Source: Sandaracinaceae bacterium (GTDB lineage Bacteria > Myxococcota_A > Polyangia > Polyangiales > Sandaracinaceae). Taken from it: 46,748 nt of DNA. The stretch spans positions 1 through 46,748 of the forward strand of contig JBGAQA010000050.1 of assembly GCA_044220955.1 (NCBI GenBank), given 5' to 3'. This document shows positions 32,518-42,366 of the stretch, in pieces. The position numbers were made by a program, and so were the translations under genes. Under the pieces are notes generated by a model. It saw nothing but the letters and a program-made list of their open reading frames with translations. It searched no databases and was not told where the DNA came from. The stretch's first letter is position 1, and every line of letters begins with the position of its first letter.

Positions 32518-33497
32518 GGCGAAGCCTCCGCGCCCCGGATCGCGTTCTCGACGCCCGCGTCGGCCGCGGCGAGGAAGACGTCCTCGAGCGTCGGCTCGAC
32601 CGTCTCCACGAGGGAGACCCGCGCGCCGGCGCCCGCGCAGAGCTTCGCGAGCATCCCCTCGTCCGCGCGCTCAGGCTCGATCCTCACGTGCAGGCCCGTG
32701 CCGAACCCCTGCGCCGCGATGACGCCGGTCTGCTCGCGGAGCACCGGAAGCGCCCTGAGGACTCCCTCGCCCTCGATCCGGATCATGCGGCCCGGGACCA
32801 GCGTCCGCTTCAGCTCGGCGGGGGTGTCGAGCGCGACGAGCTTGCCGGCCACCATGAGGCCGATGCGCGCGCAGTACTCGGCCTCGTCCATGTAGTGCGT
32901 GGTGACGAACACGGTGGTGCCACCGCTCGCGAGCCTGCGGATGAGGCGCCAGAAGTCGCGGCGCGACGCCGGGTCGACGCCGGCGGTCGGCTCGTCGAGG
33001 AAGACGATGGCCGGCCGGTGCAGGAGCGCACTGCCGAGCGCCAGCCGCTGACGCAGGCCACCCGGCAGGGCGCCCGTCATCTCGTCCTTGAGCTCGACCA
33101 TCGAGACCTCGTCGAGGACGCGGTCGATCCGCGCGCGCAGCTCCCGGCCCATCGCGCCGTAGATCCCGCCGAAGAACTCGAGGTTCTGCTGCACCGTCAG
33201 GTCGAGGTAGAGCGAGAACTTCTGCGACATGTAGCCGATCGACTTCTTCACGAGGTCGGGCCGCTTGCCCACGTCGTGGCCGGCGACGATCGCCACGCCG
33301 CTGCTCGGGCGAAGCAGCCCGCAGAGCATCCGGATGGTCGTGGACTTGCCCGCGCCGTTGGCGCCCAGGTACCCGAAGATCTCGCCCCTCTCGACGTGGA
33401 ACGAGACGTCGCTCACGGCCTTGAAGCCGCCGAACGTCTTCACCAGGCGCGAGACCTCGATGCTGTGCTCGCTCGCGCTCGCGGGCTCTGTGCTCAT
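32514..33497 (-). CDS. ABC transporter ATP-binding protein
   Basis: GANGAGKST, LPGG signature, FLDEPTAGVDP, TTHYMDEAE. Confidence 0.95.
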   Translation of the reverse strand: MSTEPASASEHSIEVSRLVKTFGGFKAVSDVSFHVERGEIFGYLGANGAGKSTTIRMLCGLLRPSSGVAIVAGHDVGKRPDLVKKSIGYMSQKFSLYLDLTVQQNLEFFGGIYGAMGRELRARIDRVLDEVSMVELKDEMTGALPGGLRQRLALGSALLHRPAIVFLDEPTAGVDPASRRDFWRLIRRLASGGTTVFVTTHYMDEAEYCARIGLMVAGKLVALDTPAELKRTLVPGRMIRIEGEGVLRALPVLREQTGVIAAQGFGTGLHVRIEPERADEGMLAKLCAGAGARVSLVETVEPTLEDVFLAAADAGVENAIRGAEASP

Positions 33498-34453
33498 GCT
33501 GCCCGCCTCGCCGCGTGCGTGGCCGCCGCGATCTCGAAGAGGAAGAGGTCTTCGAAGTCGGGCGGGGACGGCACCAGGCGCGCTCCCAGCGCGGCGATCT
33601 TGGCCGACACGCTCGCCTCACCCCCGGGCGCGATCACCACGCGGAGCTTCGCGCCGGCGGGCGAGGCCGCGACGATCTCGGGGAGTGCCGAGACCAGGGC
33701 GTGGAGCGCCTCGCGGTCGCCCCCCTCGATCTCGGCGGCCGATCCGGCGAAGTCCCGCACGAGCGCGCCCGGCGCGCCCTCCCGCAGCACGTGGCCGGAG
33801 TGAACGAGCGCGACGCGGTGACAGCGCGCGGCCTCGTCCATGTAGGGAGTCGAGACCACGACGCACATCCCCTGCGCGACGAACTCGTAGATCAGCTCCC
33901 AGAGCTCGCGTCGGCTCACGGGGTCGACGCCGTTGGTCGGCTCGTCGAGCAGGAGCACCTCGGGCTGGTGCAGCAAGGCGCAGCTCAGCGCGAGCTTCTT
34001 GTACATCCCGCCCGAGAGCTGCGAGGCGCGGCGCGAGAGGAACGCGCCCAGGCGCGTGATGTCGAGCAGGCGAGTCCGGCGCGTGTCGTAGTCCTGCTTC
34101 GACAGGCCGTAGAGCTGCCGGAAGAAGTCGAGGTTCTCCTGGATGGACAGGTCCCCGTAGAGGCTGTGCTCTTGCGGTACGAGGCCCAGCGACTCGCGCA
34201 CCTTGGCGCTCGCCTTCCCGAACGGATCGACGCCGAGCACGCGCACGGTGCCCGAGGTCGGACGTACGAGGCCCGCGAGCATCCGCAGGGTCGTCGTCTT
34301 GCCTGCGCCGTCCGGGCCGACGAGGCCGTAGAGCTCACCTCGCGGGATGGAGAACGAGATGCCGCGCACGGCCTCGTTCTTCCCGAAGTGGCGCACCAAC
34401 GCATCCGCCACGAGCGCCGTCTCTGCGGCGCCTCCGCTGGATGGACCGCTCAC
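33494..34453 (-). CDS. ABC transporter ATP-binding protein
   Basis: GPDGAGKTT, LSGG, LLDEPTNGVDP, STPYMDEA (YbhF first-half-like). Confidence 0.95.
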   Translation of the reverse strand: MSGPSSGGAAETALVADALVRHFGKNEAVRGISFSIPRGELYGLVGPDGAGKTTTLRMLAGLVRPTSGTVRVLGVDPFGKASAKVRESLGLVPQEHSLYGDLSIQENLDFFRQLYGLSKQDYDTRRTRLLDITRLGAFLSRRASQLSGGMYKKLALSCALLHQPEVLLLDEPTNGVDPVSRRELWELIYEFVAQGMCVVVSTPYMDEAARCHRVALVHSGHVLREGAPGALVRDFAGSAAEIEGGDREALHALVSALPEIVAASPAGAKLRVVIAPGGEASVSAKIAALGARLVPSPPDFEDLFLFEIAAATHAARRAA

Positions 34454-35529
34454 CGGGCCGGCTCCAGCGTGACCTGGACCGGCATCCCAGGGCGCAGAAG
34501 CCGCTCTGGGTTCGGGATGTGCACCTCGATCGGATACACGAGCCGGTCACGGTCGGTGCGAGTCTGCACCGTGCGCGGGGTGAACTCCGCCTCGTTCGCG
34601 ACCGTGTCGACGGTCCCGTCGAACGCACGGCCTGGCCACGCGTCGGCGACCACGTGCGCGACGCCGCCGATCGTGGCGGCCGAGAGCTCGGCGTTCGGCA
34701 GGTAGAACGTCGCGCTCAGCTCGGTCAGGTCGACCACGCGCACCAGCGACGTGCCGGGGCCGACGACCTCGCCGACCTCGTAGAGCACCTCGTCGACGGT
34801 GCCGTCGTGCGAGGCGAGCACGCGGCACTCGTCGACGCCGAGCTGCGCGATCCGGCGGACCGCCTGCACCGCGGCGAGCGTGCGCTCGGCGGCCTCGAGC
34901 GCCGCCTGCGCGCCCTCGGCCTGCGCCGACGACACGGACGCCTGCGCGCTGGTGACGGACGCCTGCGCGCGCGAGGCGCGGCGCTGTGCGTCCGCCGCTT
35001 CCTGTTGGTGGCGCAGCGCATCGAGGCTGTCCTGGGCGGTGTCTCGTCGCTGCGCGGGGGCGTACTCGCCGAGCGCGCCGATGCGCGCGAGCTCGCGCTC
35101 GGCCGTGGCCTCGTGCGTGGACAGTACGGCCGCCTGGGCGTCGGCCGCGCCGGTGAGCGCGCGCGCCGCGCCGCCCGAGCGCCTCGCGACCTGGATCGCC
35201 GCGCGGGCCGCCTCGAGCTGGGCACGCGCCGCCCCGACCTGCGCCTCGGCGACCGAGATGCGCGCGTCCGCTTCGTCGAGGTGTGCCTGCGGCTCCGCGC
35301 AGTCGAGCTCGACGACGAGATCCCCCGCGTGCACCTCCTGGCCCTCCCGCACGGCGATGCTCCGGATGCGCCCGCCGATGCGCGAGCCGAGGTCGTAGCT
35401 GGTGCCCTCGACGACGCCGGAGCCGCCCGAGGGGCCCGCCTCCGACGCGCGCTGCGCCGAGATGCGGGCATAGAGGGCGAAGATCAGCAAGCCGGAGAGG
35501 ACGGCCGCGAGGAGGAGGGGGCGCTGCAT
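34450..35529 (-). CDS. HlyD/YbhG-family periplasmic adaptor
   Basis: N-terminal TM, lipoyl half-motifs, coiled coil, 'AEFTPRTVQT..DR..LVY', 'LRPGMP'. Confidence 0.92.
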   Translation of the reverse strand: MQRPLLLAAVLSGLLIFALYARISAQRASEAGPSGGSGVVEGTSYDLGSRIGGRIRSIAVREGQEVHAGDLVVELDCAEPQAHLDEADARISVAEAQVGAARAQLEAARAAIQVARRSGGAARALTGAADAQAAVLSTHEATAERELARIGALGEYAPAQRRDTAQDSLDALRHQQEAADAQRRASRAQASVTSAQASVSSAQAEGAQAALEAAERTLAAVQAVRRIAQLGVDECRVLASHDGTVDEVLYEVGEVVGPGTSLVRVVDLTELSATFYLPNAELSAATIGGVAHVVADAWPGRAFDGTVDTVANEAEFTPRTVQTRTDRDRLVYPIEVHIPNPERLLRPGMPVQVTLEPAR

Positions 35530-35542
35530 GCCGCGCCGTGTC

Positions 35543-35557
35543 GCAACGCGCGTGCCG
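35543..35557 (-). promoter_or_regulatory. sigma54 (-24/-12) promoter for the ABC exporter operon
   Basis: Minus strand CGGCACGcgcgTTGC matches YGGCACG-N4-TTGC, 13 bp from the ATG at 35529. Confidence 0.75.
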
Positions 35558-35709
35558 CCGGGATCGGCGTGGTTTCGAGGGCATCGGCTCGCCGCGCCGT
35601 TCGGCTCTCCGGACGCCCCGTCCGGACGTCCGTCCGCGAGCGTACGCACGGAGAGAAACGCGCCCGCGAAAACCGTGCGCGCAGCCGCGCAGGCATTGCG
35701 CCGAGGGCC

Positions 35710-35725
35710 CGGCCCGGGCTTTGCT
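35710..35725 (+). promoter_or_regulatory. Putative sigma54 promoter for the two-component operon
   Basis: CGGCCCGggctTTGCT has correct GG-N10-GC spacing directly upstream of the kinase start. Confidence 0.5.
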
Positions 35726-35733
35726 CCTCGCCG

Positions 35734-37071
35734 ATGACCGTGCCTGCATCGTCCCACCGCCGTGCGGCGTTCGAGGTGCTCGTCCGCGAGCGTGTCCTGA
35801 GGACGATGATCCGGATCCGCGTCGGCGGGGTCCTCGTCATCGCGTCGCTCACCGCGCTCTTGGGGTGGTACGAGCCGACCCGCGCGCGCATTCTCGCGTT
35901 CGCCGTGGGCCTCGGGGTGGTGGCCACCCTGGCGTTCGTCGAGCTCGCGCGCACGGGCGCCGCGATGACCGAGCGCCGCCTGGCCGTGAACGTCTGGCTG
36001 ACGGGGCTCGGCCAGGCCTTCGTGGTGCTGGGGACCGGGGGGCTCGCGAGCCCCTTCATCGCCGCGCAGCTGCTCTTCGCCATCATCGCCGCGGTCTTCG
36101 TCCCGCCGGCGCTCTCGCTGGCCGTGCTCGCCTTCGTCTTCATCCCCGCGGTCTGGCTCTACGCATACCTGCAGGCCACCGACCTGGTCCCAGGCCTCGT
36201 CCCGCACGCATACGCCGGCGTGTTCGTCGAGAGCGGAACGCCGGGAGACGGTCCCTGGCTCTGCGCGGCGCTCTACACCATCATGCTGGTCGGGGGATCC
36301 ACCCTGGGTCGGTTCCTGCGCCGCACGATGCACGACCTCGTCGAGCAGCAGGCCGAGGACCGCGAGCGCGCGCTCGAGACCCACGCCGAGCAGAGCCGGA
36401 CACTCAGCGCGCTCTCGTCGGAGATCGCGCACGAGCTGAAGAACCCGCTCGCGAGCGTGAAGGGCCTCGGCGCGCTCGTGCAGAAGGACGTGACCGGCCA
36501 GGTCGCCGAGCGGGTCGCCGTGATGCGACGCGAGGTCGATCGGATGCAGTCCGTGCTGGACGAGTTCCTCGCGTACTCGCGCCCGCTCGTGCCCCTCGAG
36601 GCGCGCGAGACGGACCTGGTCGAGCTCGTCCGGGACGTCATCGAGATGCACGAGGGCGTCGCGCTCGAGCGCGGCGTGACGCTCACGGTCGAGGGCGCGG
36701 CGCCCGGGCAGCGCTGCGATCCCCGCAAGCTCCGCGCGGTCATCGTGAACCTCGTTCAGAACGCGCTCGACGCGAGCCGCCCCGGAGGCGAGGTGCGCGT
36801 CGAGGTCACGCAGAGCTCGGGCGGCACCGAGGTGCGCGTGCTCGACCGCGGGGCCGGCATCGACCCGAACGTCGCGGGGCGACTGTTCACGGTCGGCGCG
36901 ACGACCAAGCCGAGGGGCAACGGGATCGGCCTACCGCTCTCGCGCGGGCTCGTTCGACAGCACGGCGGCGACCTGGTGCTGGAGAAGCGCGAGGGCGGAG
37001 GCGCGGTGGCCCGCATCACGCTCCCGAGGATCCTGCCCGACGCGGTGACGAGCGAAGGAGCGGCGGCATGA
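35734..37071 (+). CDS. Membrane sensor histidine kinase
   Basis: About 6 TM, H-box 'IAHELKNPL', N-box 'NLVQNALDA', 'DRGAGI', 'TTKPRGNGIGL'. Confidence 0.95.
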   Translation: MTVPASSHRRAAFEVLVRERVLRTMIRIRVGGVLVIASLTALLGWYEPTRARILAFAVGLGVVATLAFVELARTGAAMTERRLAVNVWLTGLGQAFVVLGTGGLASPFIAAQLLFAIIAAVFVPPALSLAVLAFVFIPAVWLYAYLQATDLVPGLVPHAYAGVFVESGTPGDGPWLCAALYTIMLVGGSTLGRFLRRTMHDLVEQQAEDRERALETHAEQSRTLSALSSEIAHELKNPLASVKGLGALVQKDVTGQVAERVAVMRREVDRMQSVLDEFLAYSRPLVPLEARETDLVELVRDVIEMHEGVALERGVTLTVEGAAPGQRCDPRKLRAVIVNLVQNALDASRPGGEVRVEVTQSSGGTEVRVLDRGAGIDPNVAGRLFTVGATTKPRGNGIGLPLSRGLVRQHGGDLVLEKREGGGAVARITLPRILPDAVTSEGAAA

Positions 37072-38402
37072 GCACACCGCTCACGGCCCTGGTCGTCGAC
37101 GACGACGCCTCCGTCCGCTACACGCTGCGCGCGTACCTCGAGGACGCCGGCTTCGACGTGCACGAGGCGGACGACGGCGTCGCAGGGCTCGAGCGCATCG
37201 ACGAGCTCGCGCCCGCCCTGGTGGTGACCGATCTGCGGATGCCGCGCCTCGACGGGATGGGCCTGCTCGAGAAGGTCCGATCGCGGACGGGCCCCAAGCC
37301 CCTGGTGGTCATGCTCACGGCACAAGGGAGCGAGCGGCACGCGGTCGACGCGATGAAGCTCGGCGCCTTCGACTACTTCAAGAAGCCCTTCGAGCCCGAC
37401 ACGCTGCGGCAGGCGATCGAGCGCGCCAAGCGTGTCGCCGAGCTCTCGGCGGACAAGGAGCGAGCAGAGGCGGAGCGCAACCTCGGGCGCAGCCTCGTGT
37501 TCGAGTCGGCCGCGATGAGCAGGCTCGCGCTGCTGGTGCAGCGTGTCGCTCCGCGCGACGTCACGGTCCTCATCACGGGCGAGAGCGGCACGGGCAAGGA
37601 GCGCGTCGCCGAGGCGATCGTCCGCGCGAGCACGCGCGCACACAAGCCCTTCGTTCGCTTCAACTGCGCCGCCATCACGCCCGACCTCGCGGAGGCGGAG
37701 CTCTTCGGGCACGCCAAGGGCGCGTTCACGGGTGCCCACCGCGCGCGGATCGGGCTCTTCCGGGAGGCGCACGGCGGCACGCTCCTGCTCGACGAGATCG
37801 GTGAGATGGATGCGCGAACGCAGGCGAAGCTGCTGCGCGTGCTGCAGGAGGGCGAGGTGCGGCCCGTGGGCGAGGAGCGCCCGGTGCCGGTCGACGTCCG
37901 GATCCTCGCCGCGACGCACCGCAACCTCGCCGAGCTCGTGGAGAAGGGCGCGTTCCGCGAGGATCTGCTCTATCGCCTCAAGGTCGTGCAGCTCGCGGTG
38001 CCGCCGCTCCGCGAGAGGCCGGAGGACATCACGGTCCTCTTCGAGCACTTCTTCGCCCGCGCCACCTCTCGCTTCGGCACCGGCCCACTGAGCGTTCCAT
38101 CGAGCGTGCTTCCGCGCCTGAGCGCGCACCGCTGGCCCGGGAACGTCCGCGAGCTCGAGAACGCGGTGGAGAGCGTGGTCGCTCTCTCGAGCGAGGGCAC
38201 GATCGACCCGGAGCTGCTCCCCGGCCCGACGATGTCCGAGGCGCCGAGCCTCGGGCTCAAGGAGCGCATGGACGCCTACGAGCGCGGGATCCTGGTGCAG
38301 ACGCTCCGCGAGTGCGGGCAGAACCGCACCGAGGCCGCGCGACGCCTCGCGATCGGCCGCGCGACGCTCCACGAGAAGCTGCACAAGCACGCGCTCGAGT
38401 AG
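37068..38402 (+). CDS. NtrC-family sigma54-dependent response regulator
   Basis: Receiver (VVDDD, TDLRMP), GESGTGKE, GAFTGA, WPGNVRELEN, Fis HTH. Confidence 0.96.
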   Translation: MSTPLTALVVDDDASVRYTLRAYLEDAGFDVHEADDGVAGLERIDELAPALVVTDLRMPRLDGMGLLEKVRSRTGPKPLVVMLTAQGSERHAVDAMKLGAFDYFKKPFEPDTLRQAIERAKRVAELSADKERAEAERNLGRSLVFESAAMSRLALLVQRVAPRDVTVLITGESGTGKERVAEAIVRASTRAHKPFVRFNCAAITPDLAEAELFGHAKGAFTGAHRARIGLFREAHGGTLLLDEIGEMDARTQAKLLRVLQEGEVRPVGEERPVPVDVRILAATHRNLAELVEKGAFREDLLYRLKVVQLAVPPLRERPEDITVLFEHFFARATSRFGTGPLSVPSSVLPRLSAHRWPGNVRELENAVESVVALSSEGTIDPELLPGPTMSEAPSLGLKERMDAYERGILVQTLRECGQNRTEAARRLAIGRATLHEKLHKHALE

Positions 38403-38524
38403 GCGGGCTGCGCACCGCCGGGCCCGCGCCGGCCGGGTCGCGCGGGATGCTCGCCGATCTGGCCCACCACGGGCCGCGTCGATGGCCCATGGCGCGGACG
38501 CAGTGCCTCGCGCACCCTCGCGTC

Positions 38525-39202
38525 GTGACGACGCCCACGATCGCGCTCTTCGACATCGACGGCACGCTCCTGAGCTGCGGTGGTGCAGGGCGGGCGGCCA
38601 TGCAGAGGGCGTTCCTCGAGCACCTCGGCCGCGCCGACGTCGGCAGCTTCCCCTACGGCGGCATGACCGACCGCGCGATCGCGCGCGCCGCGACGCGCGC
38701 CGCCGGGCACGACGACGACGACGCGACGCTCGACGGCGTGCTCGGGAGCTACCTCGCCCACCTCGAGGCCGAGCTCGCGCGCGCGGAGCGCTTCCGCGTC
38801 CTGCCCGGCGTCCACGCGCTGCTCGACGCGCTCGAAGCGCACCCGCACGTCGCCGTCGGCCTCGGCACCGGCAACCTCGCCCGCGGCGCGCGTCTCAAGC
38901 TCGCGCGCGGCGGCATCCACGAGCGCTTCGCGTTCGGCGGCTACGGCAGCGATGACGAAGATCGCGCGGCGCTGCTGGCTGCGGGAGTCGAGCGTGGCGC
39001 CCGGTGTCTCGGCGTCGGGCTCGCGGCGGCGCGCGTCGTGGTGATCGGCGACACGCCGCGCGACATCGCGGCCGGGCGTGCGGTCGGAGCCTCGGTGATC
39101 GCGGTGGCCACGGGCGGGTTCGACCCGTCGGCGCTCGCCGAGGCCGATCTCGTGGTCGAGAAGCTCGACGACGCCCGCGTCCTGCCGCGAATCACGGGCT
39201 GA
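38525..39202 (+). CDS. HAD-superfamily hydrolase
   Basis: LFDIDGTL, TGN, IGDTPRD motifs. Confidence 0.9.
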   Translation: MTTPTIALFDIDGTLLSCGGAGRAAMQRAFLEHLGRADVGSFPYGGMTDRAIARAATRAAGHDDDDATLDGVLGSYLAHLEAELARAERFRVLPGVHALLDALEAHPHVAVGLGTGNLARGARLKLARGGIHERFAFGGYGSDDEDRAALLAAGVERGARCLGVGLAAARVVVIGDTPRDIAAGRAVGASVIAVATGGFDPSALAEADLVVEKLDDARVLPRITG

Positions 39203-40694
39203 CCACGGCGTCCCGGCGGGCCCGCGCAGCGGCGGGGGCGAACAGCACGATGGCGTCGAAAGGCGCCGCGCCGCCCTCCGCGGGTGGGACGGAGGCCGCC
39301 GAGAGCGCCTCGGTCGCGCAGCGTCCGGACGCGCCGGTCGTGGTGATCGAGACCAGCCGTCCCGACTCGCTGACCGTCGCATGGACGCCGAGGACCTGGA
39401 CCCGAGGCGGCATGCACGCCGCGAGCGCATCGGCGGAGACCGCGCGGCGTACCGCGTGCTCGTCGACGGACCCGTCGTCGGACGTCGGGTCCACCTGCGT
39501 CGCCGCGACCTGCGTGCGCAGCGGCGCGGGGTCGTCTGGGAGGGGCGCCGCGAGGTGTGCCTGCGCGGCCGCTCGAAGCGCGGGGTCACGCGCGCTCGCT
39601 GCGCTCGCCGCCGCGATTCTCGCCAGCGCCGGGCCCACCCACGCGGCGGCGTCGGCGACGTCGAGCGCGAGCGTCTCCGATGGGCGCTGCGACAGCAGGC
39701 GCTGGCCGAGGGTCACCCCCGAGAGGCACGTCGCCAGCCGCGCGGCGAGGTCGCTCGTCGCGGGCGGTGCGCCACACTGCCCGAGGCGCGCCACCGCGAC
39801 GAGCTGCGCGCGGTCGAGGAACCCCGCGTCGCAGGCGACGTGGCGCGCGCGGCAGCGAGAGGCCGACGCCAGAGCGTGCTCCACGAGCGCGTCCTCTTCC
39901 TCCGCGAGGCGGTAGATCTCCGCCTCCAGGACGTCGACGTCCTCGGTGAGCGCGTCGGGCCAGCGAGCGCGAATCGCCGCGCCGAGCTCCCGCCCGTGCT
40001 CGACCATCCCCGTCCCCGAGATCAGGCGCATCCAGCGGAGAGCCATCTCCCTGGACCAGGCTGCGTCCGGCAGCAGCGCGAGGCGCGCGGGCACGAAGCC
40101 GGGGTCCTCGAGGCCGTCGGCGTCCGCGTCCACGTCGGCGAGCATCAGCGCGAAGTGCGACGCGACGGCCTCCCGCAGCGCGGCGGCCGGGCGCGCCTCG
40201 AGGAGCTCCGCGTACAGGGTGCTCGCCGCCGCGTAGTCCAGCTGCCGCTGCGCCGATCGCGCGGCGCGGTAGAGCGCGACGGGACGCAGCGCGGTGACCC
40301 GGGCGAGCGCGGTGTAGAGGCGCTGCGCGTGCGCCAAGCCCTGCGCCGACCCGAGGTCGTAGAGCGCACCTGCCGGCGCGAGCAGCTCGGCCGTCGCGGA
40401 GCACCGGTCGAGCCCGCTGGGCCCGAGCGCGGACACGGCGGTCTGCACGTCGGGGCAGGCGCCGCCCGCGGCGGGCGTGCCGCCGCAGGCTCGGAGCAGC
40501 GTCGCCCCCGGGCAGGCGTCGGCGGGGGTCACGACCCAGTCCTCGATCGTGCGGGGTCGGGCGTAGTCCGTGTAGCCATCCACGAGGATCACACGAGGTC
40601 CCTGGGCGGCGGCATTCGCTGTCGTGAGCGCTGCGACCGCGCTCAGCGCGATCAGCGTGGCCGAGGCGGGCGGGCGCGTTCTTCCGGTCTTCAC
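39192..40694 (-). CDS. Secreted helical (TPR-like) hypothetical protein
   Basis: Signal peptide ANAAA|Q, Ala-rich helices, TonB-C/GltJ-like tail 'VSESGR...RCATEAL'. Start may be 40709. Confidence 0.55.
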   Translation of the reverse strand: MKTGRTRPPASATLIALSAVAALTTANAAAQGPRVILVDGYTDYARPRTIEDWVVTPADACPGATLLRACGGTPAAGGACPDVQTAVSALGPSGLDRCSATAELLAPAGALYDLGSAQGLAHAQRLYTALARVTALRPVALYRAARSAQRQLDYAAASTLYAELLEARPAAALREAVASHFALMLADVDADADGLEDPGFVPARLALLPDAAWSREMALRWMRLISGTGMVEHGRELGAAIRARWPDALTEDVDVLEAEIYRLAEEEDALVEHALASASRCRARHVACDAGFLDRAQLVAVARLGQCGAPPATSDLAARLATCLSGVTLGQRLLSQRPSETLALDVADAAAWVGPALARIAAASAASARDPALRAAAQAHLAAPLPDDPAPLRTQVAATQVDPTSDDGSVDEHAVRRAVSADALAACMPPRVQVLGVHATVSESGRLVSITTTGASGRCATEALSAASVPPAEGGAAPFDAIVLFAPAAARARRDAVVSP

Positions 40695-40742
40695 GCGCGG
40701 AGCGTACACGCTCGCCCTCCACCACGGCGCGCGATGCCGGTG

Positions 40743-41651
40743 TCAGCGCGCGAAGACGCTCGCCAGCGCTGGACCGAGCTCCGGGTACCGGAACGCGTAG
40801 CCGGTCGCGAGCGCGCGCGCGGGCACGACGCGGCGGCTCGCGAGCAGCTCGACCGCGAAGTCGCCGGTCGCGGCGCGGATGGCGAAGGCCGGCGCCGGCA
40901 TGAACGAGGGGCGCCGCATCGCGCGCCCGAGCGCACGCGCGTGATCGACCTGCCGCACGGGCTCCGGCGCCGTCGCGTTGATCGGCCCGTCGAGGTCGCC
41001 TCGGTCGAGCGCGAACGAGAGGATGCCCACCGCGTCCTCGAGGTGGATCCACGACCACCACTGCTGCCCGTCGCCGAGCGGTCCGCCGAAGCCCATCGCG
41101 AAGAGCGGGCGCATCGCCGCCAGGGCGCCTCCGTCACCCATCACGAGGCCCAGCCGCGTCGTCGCGACGCGCAGGCCGAGCGGGCGCGCCGCGTTCGCTG
41201 CAGCCTCCCACTTCACGCACACGCTCGAGAGGAAGTCGCCGCCCGCGCCGCTCGTCTCGTCGAGGATCTCGTCGCCACGATCGCCGTAGAAGCCGATCGC
41301 GCTCGCCGAGACCAGCGTGCGTGGGCGCTCGCCCGCAGGCATGGCGCCCATCGCGGCGACGATCGCCGCGGTCCCGCTCACGCGGCTCTGCTCGATCGCG
41401 GCCTTCTTCTTCGCGCTCCAGCGCCCCGACACCGGCTCGCCCGCGAGGTTCACGATCGCGCCGACGCCCTCGAGCGCGCGGGGATCGATCGTCCGGACGA
41501 AGGCGCTCGCAGCGGGGAGCGCCTGCTTGGCCCGCTCCGGGCTGCGCGAGTACACCACGACGCGATCGCCGCGGGCCGCGAGCGCGCCGACCAGGGCGCT
41601 GCCGACGAACCCCGTGGCGCCGGTGACGAGGACGGTTCGAGGCGTGGCCAC
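40743..41651 (-). CDS. TIGR01777-type NAD-dependent epimerase-family oxidoreductase (YfcH-like)
   Basis: TGATGFVG, VNLAGE, SASAIGFYG, 'GDGQQWWSWIH', 'GYAFRYP'. Confidence 0.92.
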   Translation of the reverse strand: MATPRTVLVTGATGFVGSALVGALAARGDRVVVYSRSPERAKQALPAASAFVRTIDPRALEGVGAIVNLAGEPVSGRWSAKKKAAIEQSRVSGTAAIVAAMGAMPAGERPRTLVSASAIGFYGDRGDEILDETSGAGGDFLSSVCVKWEAAANAARPLGLRVATTRLGLVMGDGGALAAMRPLFAMGFGGPLGDGQQWWSWIHLEDAVGILSFALDRGDLDGPINATAPEPVRQVDHARALGRAMRRPSFMPAPAFAIRAATGDFAVELLASRRVVPARALATGYAFRYPELGPALASVFAR

Positions 41652-41709
41652 CGCGGGTCCATCTGGGGCGCCTTTCCTCGCGCGTCAACCGGAGTACGAT
41701 GGCCGCCTC

Positions 41710-42366
41710 ATGCAGTTCTTCTCCGTGGGCCAGCAGGCCGAGGGCTTCATCGCGATCGGTCAGGAAGCGACGGGCGTCATCGCGATCGGGCAGATGGCGA
41801 CCGGCGTGATCGCGATCGGGCAGCTCGCCCGGGGTGTCTTCACCGTCGGCATGCTCTCGGTCGGGATCGTCAGCGTCGGGATGCTCTCCCTCGGCCTGGT
41901 GCACTGCGTCTCCATGCTGGGTGCGGGCGGGCGCGGCACGGGCGGCGTGCTGCCGCTCTGTCCGAAGCTGCCGCTGCCCGTGCAGCTGCCCGAGCTCACG
42001 CCGCGCGATCAGCTCGAGGCGGGCCGCGCATCCGGCTGGATCCGCGTCCAGGTCCAGCGCGCCGCCGCGGGGGTCGCGCTCGTCGCCGACGGTCGGCCGC
42101 TGGCCGTCCGGCTGGGGCCCTCGATGCTCTCGGCCGCGGCGCAGGCGATGGTGGCCGGGGGCGCGGCGCTCGCGCACGTCGTCCCCGCGGGGCAGGGCGC
42201 CGAGGTCACGCGGATGATGCGCGTGCCCACGGCCTCGTGGCGCAACCCGCAGTACCTCGGCGTCTGCGCGCTGCAGCTCGGCGGCCTCGCGATCGCGTCT
42301 GCCGCGTACTTCTGGTTCGGGCTGACTCCGGTCGTCGACGGCGTCCTCGCGCTCACCAAGGAGTGA
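41710..42366 (+). CDS. Membrane protein with N-terminal Gly-rich 10-aa repeats
   Basis: GFIAIGQEAT/GVIAIGQMAT/GVIAIGQLAR repeats and a C-terminal TM. Confidence 0.75.
   Translation: MQFFSVGQQAEGFIAIGQEATGVIAIGQMATGVIAIGQLARGVFTVGMLSVGIVSVGMLSLGLVHCVSMLGAGGRGTGGVLPLCPKLPLPVQLPELTPRDQLEAGRASGWIRVQVQRAAAGVALVADGRPLAVRLGPSMLSAAAQAMVAGGAALAHVVPAGQGAEVTRMMRVPTASWRNPQYLGVCALQLGGLAIASAAYFWFGLTPVVDGVLALTKE

Noticed and set aside
28856..35529. ABC exporter as a novel secretion system
   Set aside because: Standard YbhG/F/S/R-like module with TolC. A split ATPase is common.
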